A stretch of DNA of 63,670 nucleotides, the filler included, from Hausera hauseri (taxonomy: Eukaryota), in NCBI GenBank assembly GCA_046269625.1. It is 10 parts of 10 records of this genome, joined end to end, with 100 filler letters (N's around TTAATTAATTAA, not from the genome) between each part and the next. Parts side by side here need not be neighbours in the genome. Positions count along the whole stretch, not along the records: positions 10,586 to 18,202 come from JBJURY010004569.1; positions 18,303 to 22,688 come from JBJURY010606777.1; positions 22,789 to 30,653 come from JBJURY010899870.1; 7 more parts are not named here. One strand, 5' to 3'. Below are positions 16,251 through 28,700 of this stretch, one piece after another. The position numbers were made by a program, and so were the translations under genes. Every line of letters begins with the position of its first letter. The stretch's first letter is position 1. The notes under the pieces were generated by a model, which did not search any database, was not told the origin of the DNA, and was given only the letters and a program-made list of their open reading frames with translations.

Positions 16251-16775
16251 ATGAGTCGATGGCACAATTGTCCTAGTTTGGCTGCATTTTGGTGTTCTGG
16301 CATATCAGCGTCGATTCATTTGTATGCGGTCTCCAGTGCTTGCTCACGGTTTAATACGTTTAAAAGTAACTCGCTAGATCCGCGCTACGGATTTGATTGG
16401 AATGAGAATTATATCGTCTGTTATCTGTACTTTATTCTGGCAGCATGTCTGTTTTGGCTATTGTTCTCCTATTCATCGGTATTTAAAACGGGGAATCTTG
16501 CCAACGATCATACAGATCTTGCGAAAATATTTCCGGTTTTGGAAGATTCAAATGAATCGAGAAGTGTTCGGAAAATCTGCAGTCGGACTATTCGACGATT
16601 TCGATATCATCTTTTGCCATTTAGCACGCTAATGCACTTGTTTGGTTCGTTTTGTCTGTTGGCACCGATACCACTTATTATCGAAGAAGAAGAACGGCAT
16701 GAGGTTGCTAATTCGAGTTCGTCAAATTTTTTGTTTATTTTATTTTTGTTGGAGTTATTTGGCATTTATTTTTAA
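16251..16775 (+). CDS. Hypothetical hydrophobic (possible membrane) protein, divergent from NDST
   Basis: 174-codon ATG-initiated ORF in AT-rich DNA with several hydrophobic stretches. No family recognised. Confidence 0.35.
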   Translation: MSRWHNCPSLAAFWCSGISASIHLYAVSSACSRFNTFKSNSLDPRYGFDWNENYIVCYLYFILAACLFWLLFSYSSVFKTGNLANDHTDLAKIFPVLEDSNESRSVRKICSRTIRRFRYHLLPFSTLMHLFGSFCLLAPIPLIIEEEERHEVANSSSSNFLFILFLLELFGIYF

Positions 16776-17743
16776 AGGTTTCAGTACGATATTATTGATT
16801 GATTTTTTGAGAGGAAAATTTTCATACAATGATTAATTAGTTACGATTATTATGAACGATAATTACTTTACAAATATCCATGCTAATTGCCAATATGGAT
16901 TCATGAGAATTTTCTAATTCAGTTCTGCTAGTAGATAATTATTCGTTATTTATATGTTTGGTTTCCATTAATTTTTGTTTTACTGGATTGCCACAATATG
17001 GAATATTATTTATTATTATTACTATTATTATTATTTATTTATTTTTCTGCAAGAAAAATGAGTGACATAAATTTACGTTCATACAAGTTAAAGCAATTTA
17101 TTTTTCTCGTATTAACTGATTTTGTGTAACGTCTGCAGGAAGTGGCCTTAAGGTGTTTTTTTCTGTGTTGTGTCAAGGATTTCGCAAGGTAAGCTTTATA
17201 TAAAAACTACATACTTGTTGCTTTACAAAACTTACAATTAATATAACACGTAAATCAATAGTTCAAGCAGTAAAATTATTAACTAGATTGTCTTCTTGTC
17301 CACGAACAAAAACGTATAATTGCTATTTAGTATTTATTTTAAAGTCCAAATATTAATGATGGATAAGACCCGTGCATTAAAACAATAAGGATCCGCAAGG
17401 ATTAGGAAGTTAATGTGTTGGAGACTCAGTAGCCGCACAATTGTTTTAACTCAAAACTTTGGAAAGATTAGTTTCACTGAAGTGTTCACTACAAACAAAA
17501 ACAAACGTGCGTGTCTACGTCAGTTTTAGTGGTGTCTGGATAGTTGATATCATCCCGTGACACTGACTGTCACGTTGTGTTTCAGCATACCATCTGTGAT
17601 TTCTGTCGCCATTTTCTAGCATTCGATTCCCTCTTTTGGAAATGTTCAAATATAACTTCAGTATTTGTTTTTTAATTAAATTATTTTGAGAAAGTGAACC
17701 TCGAGATTCAAGTTTTAAAGTAAAAAAAAATCTTGTACATAAT

Positions 17744-17920
17744 GAAAATTTGGACAGAGTGAAAACTTGGACACTGTCAAAACTTGGACACAGTGAAAAC
17801 TGGACACAGTGAAAACTTGGGCACTGTCAAAACTTGGACACAGCGAAAACTTGGATACAGCGAAAACTTGGACACAGTGAAAACATGGACACAGCGAAAA
17901 TTTGGACACAGTGAAAACTT
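17744..17920. repeat. 17-bp minisatellite (GAAAACTTGGACACAGT), about 10 copies
   Basis: Tandem units are directly visible with few substitutions. Confidence 0.92.
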
Positions 17921-18302
17921 TCAATCATGCACTTCTTTTATTAAATTTCATTTATCTTCGTCATAAATAAATATAGGTTGAAAAACTGAATTCGGAAAAT
18001 TGTTTATGAAACAATAAAAGCAGATTTCGAAATTGGATTTCATTAAAAGATTTTAATATTAAACAAAAGCTTTTTTTTTTTTTTTTTTTGTTTGTTTCCT
18101 TTTATTCTTATATGAAGGATTCGAGATATTCTAGGGATTCCAGAACCTTTTCGGATTAGAATTCGAATTCGAGACAATATAGAATTCATCTCGTCTCTAC
18201 TTNNNNNNNNNNNNNNNNNNNNNNNNNNNNNNNNNNNNNNNNNNNNTTAATTAATTAANNNNNNNNNNNNNNNNNNNNNNNNNNNNNNNNNNNNNNNNNN
18301 NN

Positions 18303-19748
18303 AGCGTGATATCTGATTTCTTCAGCTGAACATCTATCAATCTTTCAAAAATCTTCCTACTGATCACGTTCACCCGTGCCCCTGTGTCTAATAGGCAGTC
18401 TTCCCATCTACCTTGTATTTTTATTTTTATACCTGGCCGGCCTTGTAGTTTATCGTACGTGATCAGTTTTTCCAACAATCCTTCCAGGCAAAAAATTTCC
18501 TCTTCATGCAGGCTCTCGTTTTGACTTTCTGAAATTCGTACTTTTTCATTTCTGTCTCCAAACGTTCCCTTCTTTATGAACCTCCGTACCTTTTCCTCTG
18601 TTCTTTCCTTCATTACTTTAATACCTTGTCCATTCCTTTGAATATTTTGGCAGCCTTTGGAGTTGTTTAATGTAATGCACCGACTAGCTCCACTTTTGTC
18701 GAGGCTCTGCCTTTTGGGATTGTCGACTCTGATGGATTCTTCATACTCTTCATCGATATTTGCAACGTATGCATGCCTGCTGTTTATCCTTTTTTCATAT
18801 CTTTTTTGACTCTACCCCGCCCTTTTGTAATTGCCGGTATACGTATTTTGTCCTCTTCTGCTCTTGTCAAATTTTGTATAACATTCTTTTTCCTTGTGCC
18901 CTCTATTGTGACACTTATTGCATTTTATATCTATGCAGTTTTGTCTTATGTGTCCTTGCTGACCGCACCCATAATATATTACGGGTTTCCTTTCCGGGCA
19001 ATTTCTGTTAATCTGACCTTCTTTCCAGCAACCAAAACATCTCGGTCCTTGTTGTAGGTTGCATGTCCGGCTTGTATGCCCGTCTTTCTGGCACGAAAAG
19101 CATTTTATCATCCTCTTTGCCTGCGTATTGTGTGGTTCGAAATCCCTCCTTTTTCGCCTTGGCTTGTCAAATTTGTGAACCACCACATCTCGATAACTCC
19201 TTCGACTATCTTTAGTGTAATCTCTGACTGTATTTATTTCTTCTGCCTTTGTTGCCACTTCGTAAACTTTCTGTATTTTCTCTTTGATTTGTTCTAAGTT
19301 TTTTTCGTCACTGTGTTAGATTTCCTTTCTCATCTCCCGATCGTCAAAATAGTGGATCACCAATTCCTCTTTTAGAGCTTTCATTGTTATTTTGTTGCTA
19401 AATATGCTTTTCGCCAGCTGTTCAATTTTGTTGAACTAGGCGGCCGGTTCTGACCAATTCATTCTGTAATCCAAGTCCTCCTGCATATCTCAACACAGCG
19501 TTGTGGGTTTTGCAAAGGCATCTCTGAACCGGTTTTCTTATTCTTTCACCTTCTGGCAAACCAAATTGTATTTCTCCTGTACTTTTTCCGCCAAAGGGCA
19601 CAGGACTGCAGTTTCCCAGTCCGTCTCCAACATCTTTATGAATTTGAAGTATCTCTCGCATTTTCCCATAAAGATTTCGACGTTGTCGCTTATCTGGAAT
19701 TCTCTGGGCATCAATTTCTTCTAGAAAAAGTATCTTAAAGCCTGGCAA
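18303..19748 (-). mobile_element. Decayed Ty3/Gypsy gag (multiple CCHC knuckles) plus protease
   Basis: CFSCQKDGHTSRTC, CFGCWKEGQINRNC, YYGCGQQGHIRQNC and CNKCHNRGHKEKEC, followed by protease LLDTGARVNVIS. Frameshifted. Confidence 0.88.
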
Positions 19749-19759
19749 TTAGTGTGTTC

Positions 19760-22400
19760 CTGCTCAACACAATCTTACAGATACCGGTGGATGAGGAAAT
19801 TTACAAGAATCCTCACGTGGACATAATTTACAGCAGTCAAAATCCAATTGGATGCCCAGTAAATTTGTTGCTGTTGGAGACTGGAGAAAAGTTTCATTTC
19901 ACCAATTTGGCAGATTGTTGAACATGGACCATGACAAGTTCATCAAAAAGCGTATACGGTGAAAATGCCGTCCCGTGTGTCTGCATGGATTCCAGTCAAC
20001 TGCGACACTGGAAAAGCATGTGGCGCTGTGCAGAAGAACTTCGTCAGTAACCACAATGTATGTTATGCCAGTCAAAAAGAGTTGAGATTAAGTGACTGGT
20101 ACTGCATATATGGTGTATGCCGATATTGAAGCAATTCTACCACGGCACAATGTATACGAACAAAAGCACGTTCCAATTGCCGTCGATATGTTTCTAATAC
20201 CAATAAAAGCCGACGGACAAGCGCAGTATTACGTTTTCCATGGTTTGAATTGTGTGTATTATTTTTTGTAGCAGTTGGAAACCATAGTGGAAACGGAAGT
20301 CGCGCCGCAGCATCTCAACAAATGTAATAAGCCATTGATTTGGACATAGGAATATAAACAGCTGCTTTTTGCTGTCACCGATGAATGCTATTTATACCAC
20401 AAAATAATACCATTTGATGCACATGAATGGTTCGTACCGGAAGACGACCATTTCACCGGTCGATACTTGGGAGCAGCATGAGATTCATGTAATTTATCAA
20501 GGCGAGTGTGACCATTCCTGCCAGTGATCTTTCATAATTTCCGAGGTTGTGAATGTCACCATATTTTCAAATGGACCATTAACGGCTTTCCGCACTGGGA
20601 ACTGTCCATAATCCCAACGACAATCGAGAAATACCTACCGCTGTCGGCACAAGTAAACCGATTCCAGGAACGCTTCCTTGATTCATTGCAATTTCTCGAT
20701 GAATCATTGGCAAAGCTGGTAAATTCCTTGCCAGATGTGCCGGTAGCACTGACGCAGTTCTCTACACATATTGCACGCAGCAAATCATATTTCCATATGA
20801 CATTGCAACATCATATGAGCGACTCCGGACAGCAGAGGAATTACTGCCGCGATGGACAGGTATCGAAGTAGATGAATATCGGGAGCACATGAATCTTGGA
20901 CAGAACTGGGCTATAGAAACATGTTGGATTACATGCTCCAGTATTCTAAACTGGACCTGTATTTATTAGCCGAAGTGTTCGAAACATTTCGGACCAAAGC
21001 GCTGGCGGAAGATAGGTTAGAGCCACTCAACTTTTGTTCTATACCGGGAATGAGTTGGGAGTCAACTCTAATGTCGCAGGATCGACACGTTGAGCTGTTG
21101 CTAGGCCCGGAAGTGTACCGGCTGTTTAATGTTGGTATTCGCGGCGGCATGCATTTGTCAACAAGCAACAGGTCAGTGCTACCGATAACACATCACTGCT
21201 GTATCTTAATATTAATAATCTGTACGGCTAGCGGCTTTCGCAACCCTTGCAGAAGGTTAATTTTAAATAGGTAGTTGACATACAAGATTTGGACGACATA
21301 ATTGTCAACTTACCATGAGCATACATGGTAGGCTCAGTCGAATACCTGATGGAAGTCGATTTCGTGGTATCAGATGAGCTGCATAACGTTTTGGACGATT
21401 TACCGGTAGCACAATTTAACCAATATCTGCCAGGCTCAAAATTAAAGAAACTTTTCATGACTCATGAACCGAATCTGAATTATGTGGTCCATTGGCGTTT
21501 GCTACAGTTCTACATGCAGCTCGGTGTACGCGTCATACGGCTGCATCGTGCAATCCGATTTGCTCAGGCTCCCATTTTCAAGGGTACATAGGTCGAAATT
21601 TGGATAAATGAGCCGCAACTTGTACAAAGTTCGAAAAGGATTATTACAAGCTAGAAAATAATTCCCTGTACTGCAAAGCAGTTAAAAACGTGAAAAGTGA
21701 CTTAATATGCGCCTATGCAACAACAAACAGCGGCTGTTTACAAACACCACCAAAGCACACTTTCGGTGGTCAAAGCACATTGCCGACGGGTTGGTTGCCG
21801 TGCTATTAAACAGCGAAGAAGTCGTTCTGTATCGTCCAAGTTACATCGGACAAGTGGTATTGGACCTGAGCAAGTTGCGGATATATGAGCTACAGTATCT
21901 TGACTTGGCAAGTTATCGGTAAATGTTCGGCTGCGGATGCAAGATCAATATAATTGCCGGTGACACAGACACATCCAATTACCCACAGAATCATCCATTG
22001 TACAGCTACGCCATCACAAACAAAATCGGCTCCTTCAAGGATGAAAGTTAAGATCGGCTTCAGTATAGGGAATGGGTATTTCTACGGCCAAAATGTTATA
22101 GTTTTTTAAATGACTGTGGACCGAAAATGCGCGCAAAAGGAGTTTAGTTGGCCCAGACGGAAAGAAATTACGGTGATTATCGCTGTATCTATGAAGAAAG
22201 GGGACAATCAAAGGCTATTGTGTCTCAAACAATCATCCGATCGATTGAGCACCAGATGTATACGATGACCAATACAAAAGTCACTTTATCATGCAATGAT
22301 AATAAGCTTAAGTGGGTAGGGCGGAGTAAGAGTTGGGAGTACGGTCATACGGTCACACACATGAATTCGGTGCAGACAGGTCAAATTACTGTGACAATTC
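19760..22400 (+). mobile_element. Decayed protein-primed family B DNA polymerase of Maverick/Polinton/adintovirus type
   Basis: In order across broken frames: ADIEAIL, DHFTGRYLGAA, VIFHNFRG, RFLDSLQFL, DLYLLAEVFETFR, PGMSW, GIRGG, INNLYG, YLMEVD, NYVVHWRLLQFY, GDTD and FLRPKCYS. Confidence 0.88.
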
Positions 22401-22788
22401 ATTGTGATCTGGTTTTTTTTGTATAAAGAATGTATATTATTTGTTGCTTTGCCTTTTATATCATTATCACTTAATTTATCTATTTAACTTAATGTGACGA
22501 AAAACAATATGAAAACCAAACAAAATTAATAAAATTTATTAACTATCATAATCTAAAATCAAAAACTAAGAAATTCAAATCAGCGTAAACTTTCCCAGCT
22601 TCCATATTGGTGATTTAACGCCGTGCAAATCCATGTATCCTTTTAACTTCAATGTTAGATGGGCTTTAGCTCCTTCCGGTGGCAAAATNNNNNNNNNNNN
22701 NNNNNNNNNNNNNNNNNNNNNNNNNNNNNNNNTTAATTAATTAANNNNNNNNNNNNNNNNNNNNNNNNNNNNNNNNNNNNNNNNNNNN

Positions 22789-25700
22789 CCAACCCAACAC
22801 ACCTCGCGGAGTCTAAATATGCAAGTGTCCAAAACTAGGTCAGTACAAAAATTCTTCCGACCAACTCACCGCGCTGAGTCCAAATATGCAGGTGTCCAAT
22901 TCCAGGTCAGTCCAAATATTTTTCCAACCGAATTAACCTCGATGAATCTAAATATGCAGGTGTCCAAAACTATGTCAGTCCAAATATTTTCCAACAAAAT
23001 TATCCTCGCTGACTCCAAATATGCAGGTGTCCGAAAGTAGGTCATCCCAAAAATTTTTCCTACACAACACATCTTGTGGCGTCTAAATACGCAGGTGCTC
23101 GAAACTAAGTCAGTCCAAAAATTTGTCCAACCCAATTAACCTCGCTGAGTCCAAATATGCGGCTATCAAAATTAGGTCAGTGCAAATATTTTTCCAACCC
23201 AACACACCTCGCGGAGTCTAAATATGCAAGTGTCCAAAACTAGGTCAGTACAAAAATTCTTCCGACCAACGCACCGCGCTGAGTCCAAATATGCAGGTGT
23301 CCGAAACTAGGTCAATCCAAAAAATTTTCCTACACAACACACCTCGCTGAGTCTAAATATGCAGGTGTCCATAATTAGGTTAGTCCAAAAATTTTTCCAA
23401 CACAATTAACCTCGCTTGGTCTAAATATGCAGGTGTCCGGAACTAGGTCAGTCCAAGAATTTTTCCAACACAATTAACCTCGCTGATTCCAAATATGCAT
23501 GTGTCCAAAATTAAGTCCGTCCAAAAGTTTTTCCAAACCCATTTAACGTCGCTGAGTCTAAATCTGTGACTATCCAAATCTAGGCCTGTCCAAAAATTTT
23601 TCCAGCCCAACCCACCTCGCGGATTCCAAATATACAGGTGTCCGAAACTAGGTCAGTCCAAAAATTTTTCCAACCCAGTTCACCTCGCTGACTCCAAAAA
23701 TGCGGGTGTCCGAATCTATGTCAGTCCAAAAATTTTTCCATCCAAATAAATCTCGATTAGTACACATGTGCAGATATCCGAAAGTAGGTCAGTCTAAAAA
23801 TTTCTCCGACCAACTCACGTCGCTGAGTCCAAATATTCGGGTGTCCAAAATTACGTCTGTCCAAAAATTTTTCAACGCAATTAACTTCGCTGAGTCCAAA
23901 TATGCAGGTGTCCGGAACTAGGTCAGTCCTAAAATTTTCAAATTCAATTAAACTCGCTTAGTCCAAATATTAGGGTGTGTAAAACTACGTCTGTCCAAAA
24001 ATTCTTCCGACCAACTCACCTCGCTGAGTCTAGATGTGCAGGTGTCCAAAACCACGTCAGTCCAAAAATATTTCCAACCCAAATAACCTCGCTTAATCTA
24101 AATATGCAGGTGTCCAAAACTAGGTCAGTGCAAAAATTTTTCCAACCCTGTTCACCTCGCTGAGTCCAAAAATGCGGGTGTCCGAGTCTATGTCAATTCA
24201 AAAATTTTTCCATCGAAATAAACCTCGATTAGTGCACATGTGTACATATCCGAAACTAGGTCAGTCTACAAATTTCTTTGGCCAACTCACCTCGCTGAGT
24301 CTAATTATTCAGATGTCCAAAACTACGTAAGTCCAAAAATTTTTCCAACCCAATTAAGCTTGCTGAATCCAAATATGCAGGTGTCCGAAACTAGGACAGA
24401 CCAAAAATTTTTCCAACCCAGTTAACCTCGCTGAGTCCAAATATTCAGGTGTCCGAAATTAAGTCAGTCCAAAAATTTTTCCGAACCAATTTAACGTCGC
24501 TGAGTTTAAATACGTGACTATTCAAAACTAGGTCACTCAAAAAATTCTTCCGACCAACTCACCGCGCGGAGTCCAAATTTGCACGTGTCCAAATCTATGT
24601 CAGTCCAAAAATTTTTCCAACCCAATTAACCTCGATGAGTCTAAATATGCAGGTGTCCAAAACTACGTCAGTTCAAATATTTTCCAACTCAATTATCCTT
24701 GCTGAGTCCAAATATTCGGGTGTCCAAAATTACGTCTGTCCAAAAATTTTTCAACCCAATTAACCTCGATGACTTCAATTTTGCAGGTGTCCGGAACTAG
24801 ATCAGACCTAAAATTTCTCAATTCAATTAACCTCGCTTAGTTCAAATATGCGGGTGTCCAAATCTACGTCTGTCCAAAAATTTTTCCAACCCAATTAACC
24901 TCGATGAGTTCAAATTTGCAGGTGTCCGAAACTAGGTCAGTCCAAAAATTTTTCCAACCCAATTAACCTCGCTGAGTCCAAATATTCAGATATCCGAAAG
25001 TAGCTCAGTCCAAAAATTTTTCCAACCCAGTTCACCTCGCTGACTATAAAAATGCGGGTGTCCGAGTCTGTCAGTCCAAAAATTTTTTCATCCAAATAAA
25101 TCTCGATTAGTACACATGTGCAGATATCCGAAAGTAGGTCAGTCTAAAAATTTCTCGGACCAACTCACCTCGCTGAATCCAAATATGCAGGTGTCAGAAA
25201 CTATGACATTCCAAAAATTTTCCCAACAAAATTAACCTCGCTGAGTCCAAATATGCAGGTGTCCGAAACTAAGTCAGTCCAAAAATTTGTCCAACTCAAT
25301 TAACCTCGCTGAGTCCAAATATTCGAGTGTCCAAAATTACGTCTGTCCAAAAATTTTTCAACCCAATTAACCTCCCTAAGTCCAAATATGCAGGTGTCAG
25401 AAAATAAGTCAGTCCAAAAATTTTTCCAACCCAATTAACCTCGCTGAGTCCAAATATGCGGCTTTCCAAAACTAGGTCAGTCCAAAAATTTTTACAACCC
25501 AACTCACCTCGCGGAGTCCAAATATGCAGGTGTCCAAAACTAGGTCAGTCCAAAAATTTTTGCAACCCAATTAACCTCGCTGAGTCCAAATGTACAGTTG
25601 TCCGAAACTAGGTCAGTCCGAAAATTCTTCCGACCAACTCACCGCGCTGAGTCCAAGTATGCAGGGGTCCAAATCTAGATCAGTCCAAATATTTTTCCAA

Positions 25701-28700
25701 CCGAATTAACCTCGATGAGTCTAAATATGCAGGTGCCAAAACTATTTCAGTCCAAATATTTTCCAACACAATTTTCCTCGCTGACTCCAAATATGCAGGT
25801 GTCCGAAAGTAGGTCAATCCAAAAATTTTTCCTACACAACACACCTCGCTGAGTCTAAATACGCAGGTGCTCGAAACTAGGTCAGTACAAAAATTTTTCC
25901 AAACCCATTTAACTTCGCTGAGTTCAAATATGCAGGTGTCCGAATCTAGGTCAATCCAAAAACTTTTCCAACCCAATTAACCTCGCTGAGTCCAAATATT
26001 CGAGTGTCCAAAATTATGTCTGTCCAAAAATTTTTCAACCCAATTAACCTCGCTAAGTCCAAATATACAGGTGTCCCGAACTAGGTCAGTCCTAAAATTT
26101 TTCCAATTCAATTAACCTCGCTGAGTCGAAATATGCGGGTGTCCAAAACTAGGTCAGTCCAAAAATTTTTCCAACTCAATTAACCTCGCTGTGTCCAAAT
26201 ATGCAGATGTCCGAAACTAGGTCCGTCCAAAAATTTATCCAACCCAGTTCACCTCGCTGACTCCAAAAATGCGGGTGTCCGAATCGATGTCAGTCCGAAA
26301 ATTTTTCCATCCAAATAAATCACGATTAGTACACATGTGCAGATATCCGAAAGTAGGTTAGTCTAAAAATTTCTCCGATCAACTCACCTCGTTGAGTCCA
26401 AATATGCAGGTGTCAGAAACTACGTCAGTCCAAAAATTTTTCCAACCCAATTAACCTCGCTGAGTCCAAATATGCGGCTATCCAAAATTAGGTCAGTGCA
26501 AAAATTTTTCCAACCCAACACACCTCGCGGAGTCTAAATATGCAAGTATCCAAAACTAGGTCAGTACAAAAATATTTCCGACCAACGCACCGCGCTGAGT
26601 CCAAATATGCAGGTGTCCAAATCCAGGGCAGTCCAAATATTTTTCCAACCGAATTAACCTCGATGAGTCTAAATATGCAGGTGTCCAAAACTATGTCAGT
26701 CCAAATATTTTCCAACACAATTAGCCTCGCTGACTCCAAATATGCAGGTGTCCGAAAGTCGGTCAGTCCAAAAATTCTTCCGACCAACTCACCGCGCTGA
26801 GTGCAAATATGCAGGTGACCAAATCTACGTCTGTCCAAAAATTTTTCCAACACAATTAACCTCGATGAGTCTAAATATGCGTGTGTCCGAAACTAGGTCA
26901 ATTTAAAAATTTTTCCTACACAACACACCCCGCTGAGTCTAAATATGCAGGTGCTCGAAACCAGGCCACACCAAAAATTTTTCCAACCCAATTAATCTCG
27001 CTGAGTCCAAATATTCGGGTGTCCAAATCTACGTCTGTACAAAAATTTTTTCCAAACCAATTAACCTCGATGAGTCGAAATATGAAGGTGTCCGGATCTA
27101 GGTCAGTCCAAAAATTTTTCCATACCCATTTAACGTCGATGAGTCCAAATATGTGACCATCCAAAACTAGGTCAGTCCAAAAAATTTTCCAACCCAGTTA
27201 ACCTCGCTGAGTCCAAATATGCCGGTGGCCGAAATTAAGTCCGTCCAAAAAATTTTCCAAATCCATTTAACGTCGCTGAGTCCAAATGTGTGACTATCCA
27301 AATCTAGGTCTGTGCAAAAATTTTTCCAACCCAACTCACCTCGCAGACTCCAAATATACAGGTGTCCAAAACTAGGTCACTCCAAAAATTCTTCCGACCA
27401 ACTCACCGCGCTGAGTCCAAATATGCAGGTGTCCGAAACTAGGTCAATCCAAAAATTTTTCCTACACAACACACCTCGCTGAGTCCAAATATTCGGGTGT
27501 CCGGAACTAGGTCAGGCCTAAAATTTTCCCAATTCAATTAACCTCGTTGAGTACAAATATGCGGGTGTCCAAATCTACGTCTGTCCAAAAAATTTTTCCA
27601 ACAGAACTAACCACGTTGAGTGCAAATATGCAGGTGTCCGAAAGAAAGTCAGTCCAAAAATGTGACCAACACAATTAACATCGCTGAGGCCAAATATGCG
27701 GCTATCCGAAACTAATTGAGTCCAAAAATTTTTCCAACCCAACTCACCTCGCTGAGTCTAAATATGCAGGTGAACGAAACTAGGTCAGTCCAAAAATTTT
27801 TCCAACCCAGTTCACCTCGCTGAGTCCAAAAATGCGGGTGTCCGAATCTATGTCATTCCAGAAATTTTTCCATCCAAATAAACCTCGATTAGTACACATG
27901 TTCATACATCCGAACGTAGGTCAGTCTAAAAATTTCTCGGACCAACTCACCTCGCTGAATCCAAATATGCAGGTGTCAGAAACTAGGACAGTCCAAAAAT
28001 TTTTCCAACCCTATTAAGCTCGCTGAGTCCAAATATGCAGGTGTCCGAAACTAAGTCAGTCCAAAAATGTGACCAACACAATTAAAATCGCTGAGGCCAA
28101 ATATGCGGCTATCCGAAACTAGGTCAGTCCAAAAATTTTTCCAACCCAACTCACCTCGTTGAGTCTAAATATGCAGGTGTCCAAAATTAGGTTAGTACAA
28201 AAATTCTTCCCACCAACTCACAGCGCTGAGTCCAAATATGCAGCTGTCGGAAACTAGGTAAATCCAAAAAATTTTCCTACACAACACACCCCGCTGAGTC
28301 TAAATATGCAGGTGCCCAAAACTAGGTCAGTCCAAAAATTTTTCCAACCCAATTAACCTCGCTGAGTCCAAATATTCGGGTTTCCAAAACTACGTCTGTC
28401 CAACAATTTTTCAACCCATTTTACCTCGCTGAGTCCAAATATGCCGGTGTCCGAAACTAGGTCAGTCCAAAAATTCTTCCGACCAACTCACCGCGCTGAG
28501 TCCATATATGCAGCTGTCCGAAACTTGGTCAATCCAAAAATTTTTCCTACACAACACACCTCGCTAAGTCTAAATATGCAGGTGCCCGAAACTAGGTCAG
28601 TCCAAAATTTTTCCAACACAATTAACCTCGCTGAGTGCAAATATGCAGGTGTCCAAATCTAGGTCAGTCCAAAAATTTTTGCAACCCAATTAAGCTTGAT

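Noticed and set aside
17744-17920. 17-bp minisatellite as the ancestor of the 68-bp (4 x 17) satellite
   Set aside because: Only the short GTCCAA core is shared, and internal spacings in the 68-mer are about 24/16/16/12, not 17.
19740-19770. Gypsy gag and pPolB as one composite element
   Set aside because: They are on opposite strands, both 5'-truncated at the junction, with no shared termini. A nested insertion or deletion is simpler.
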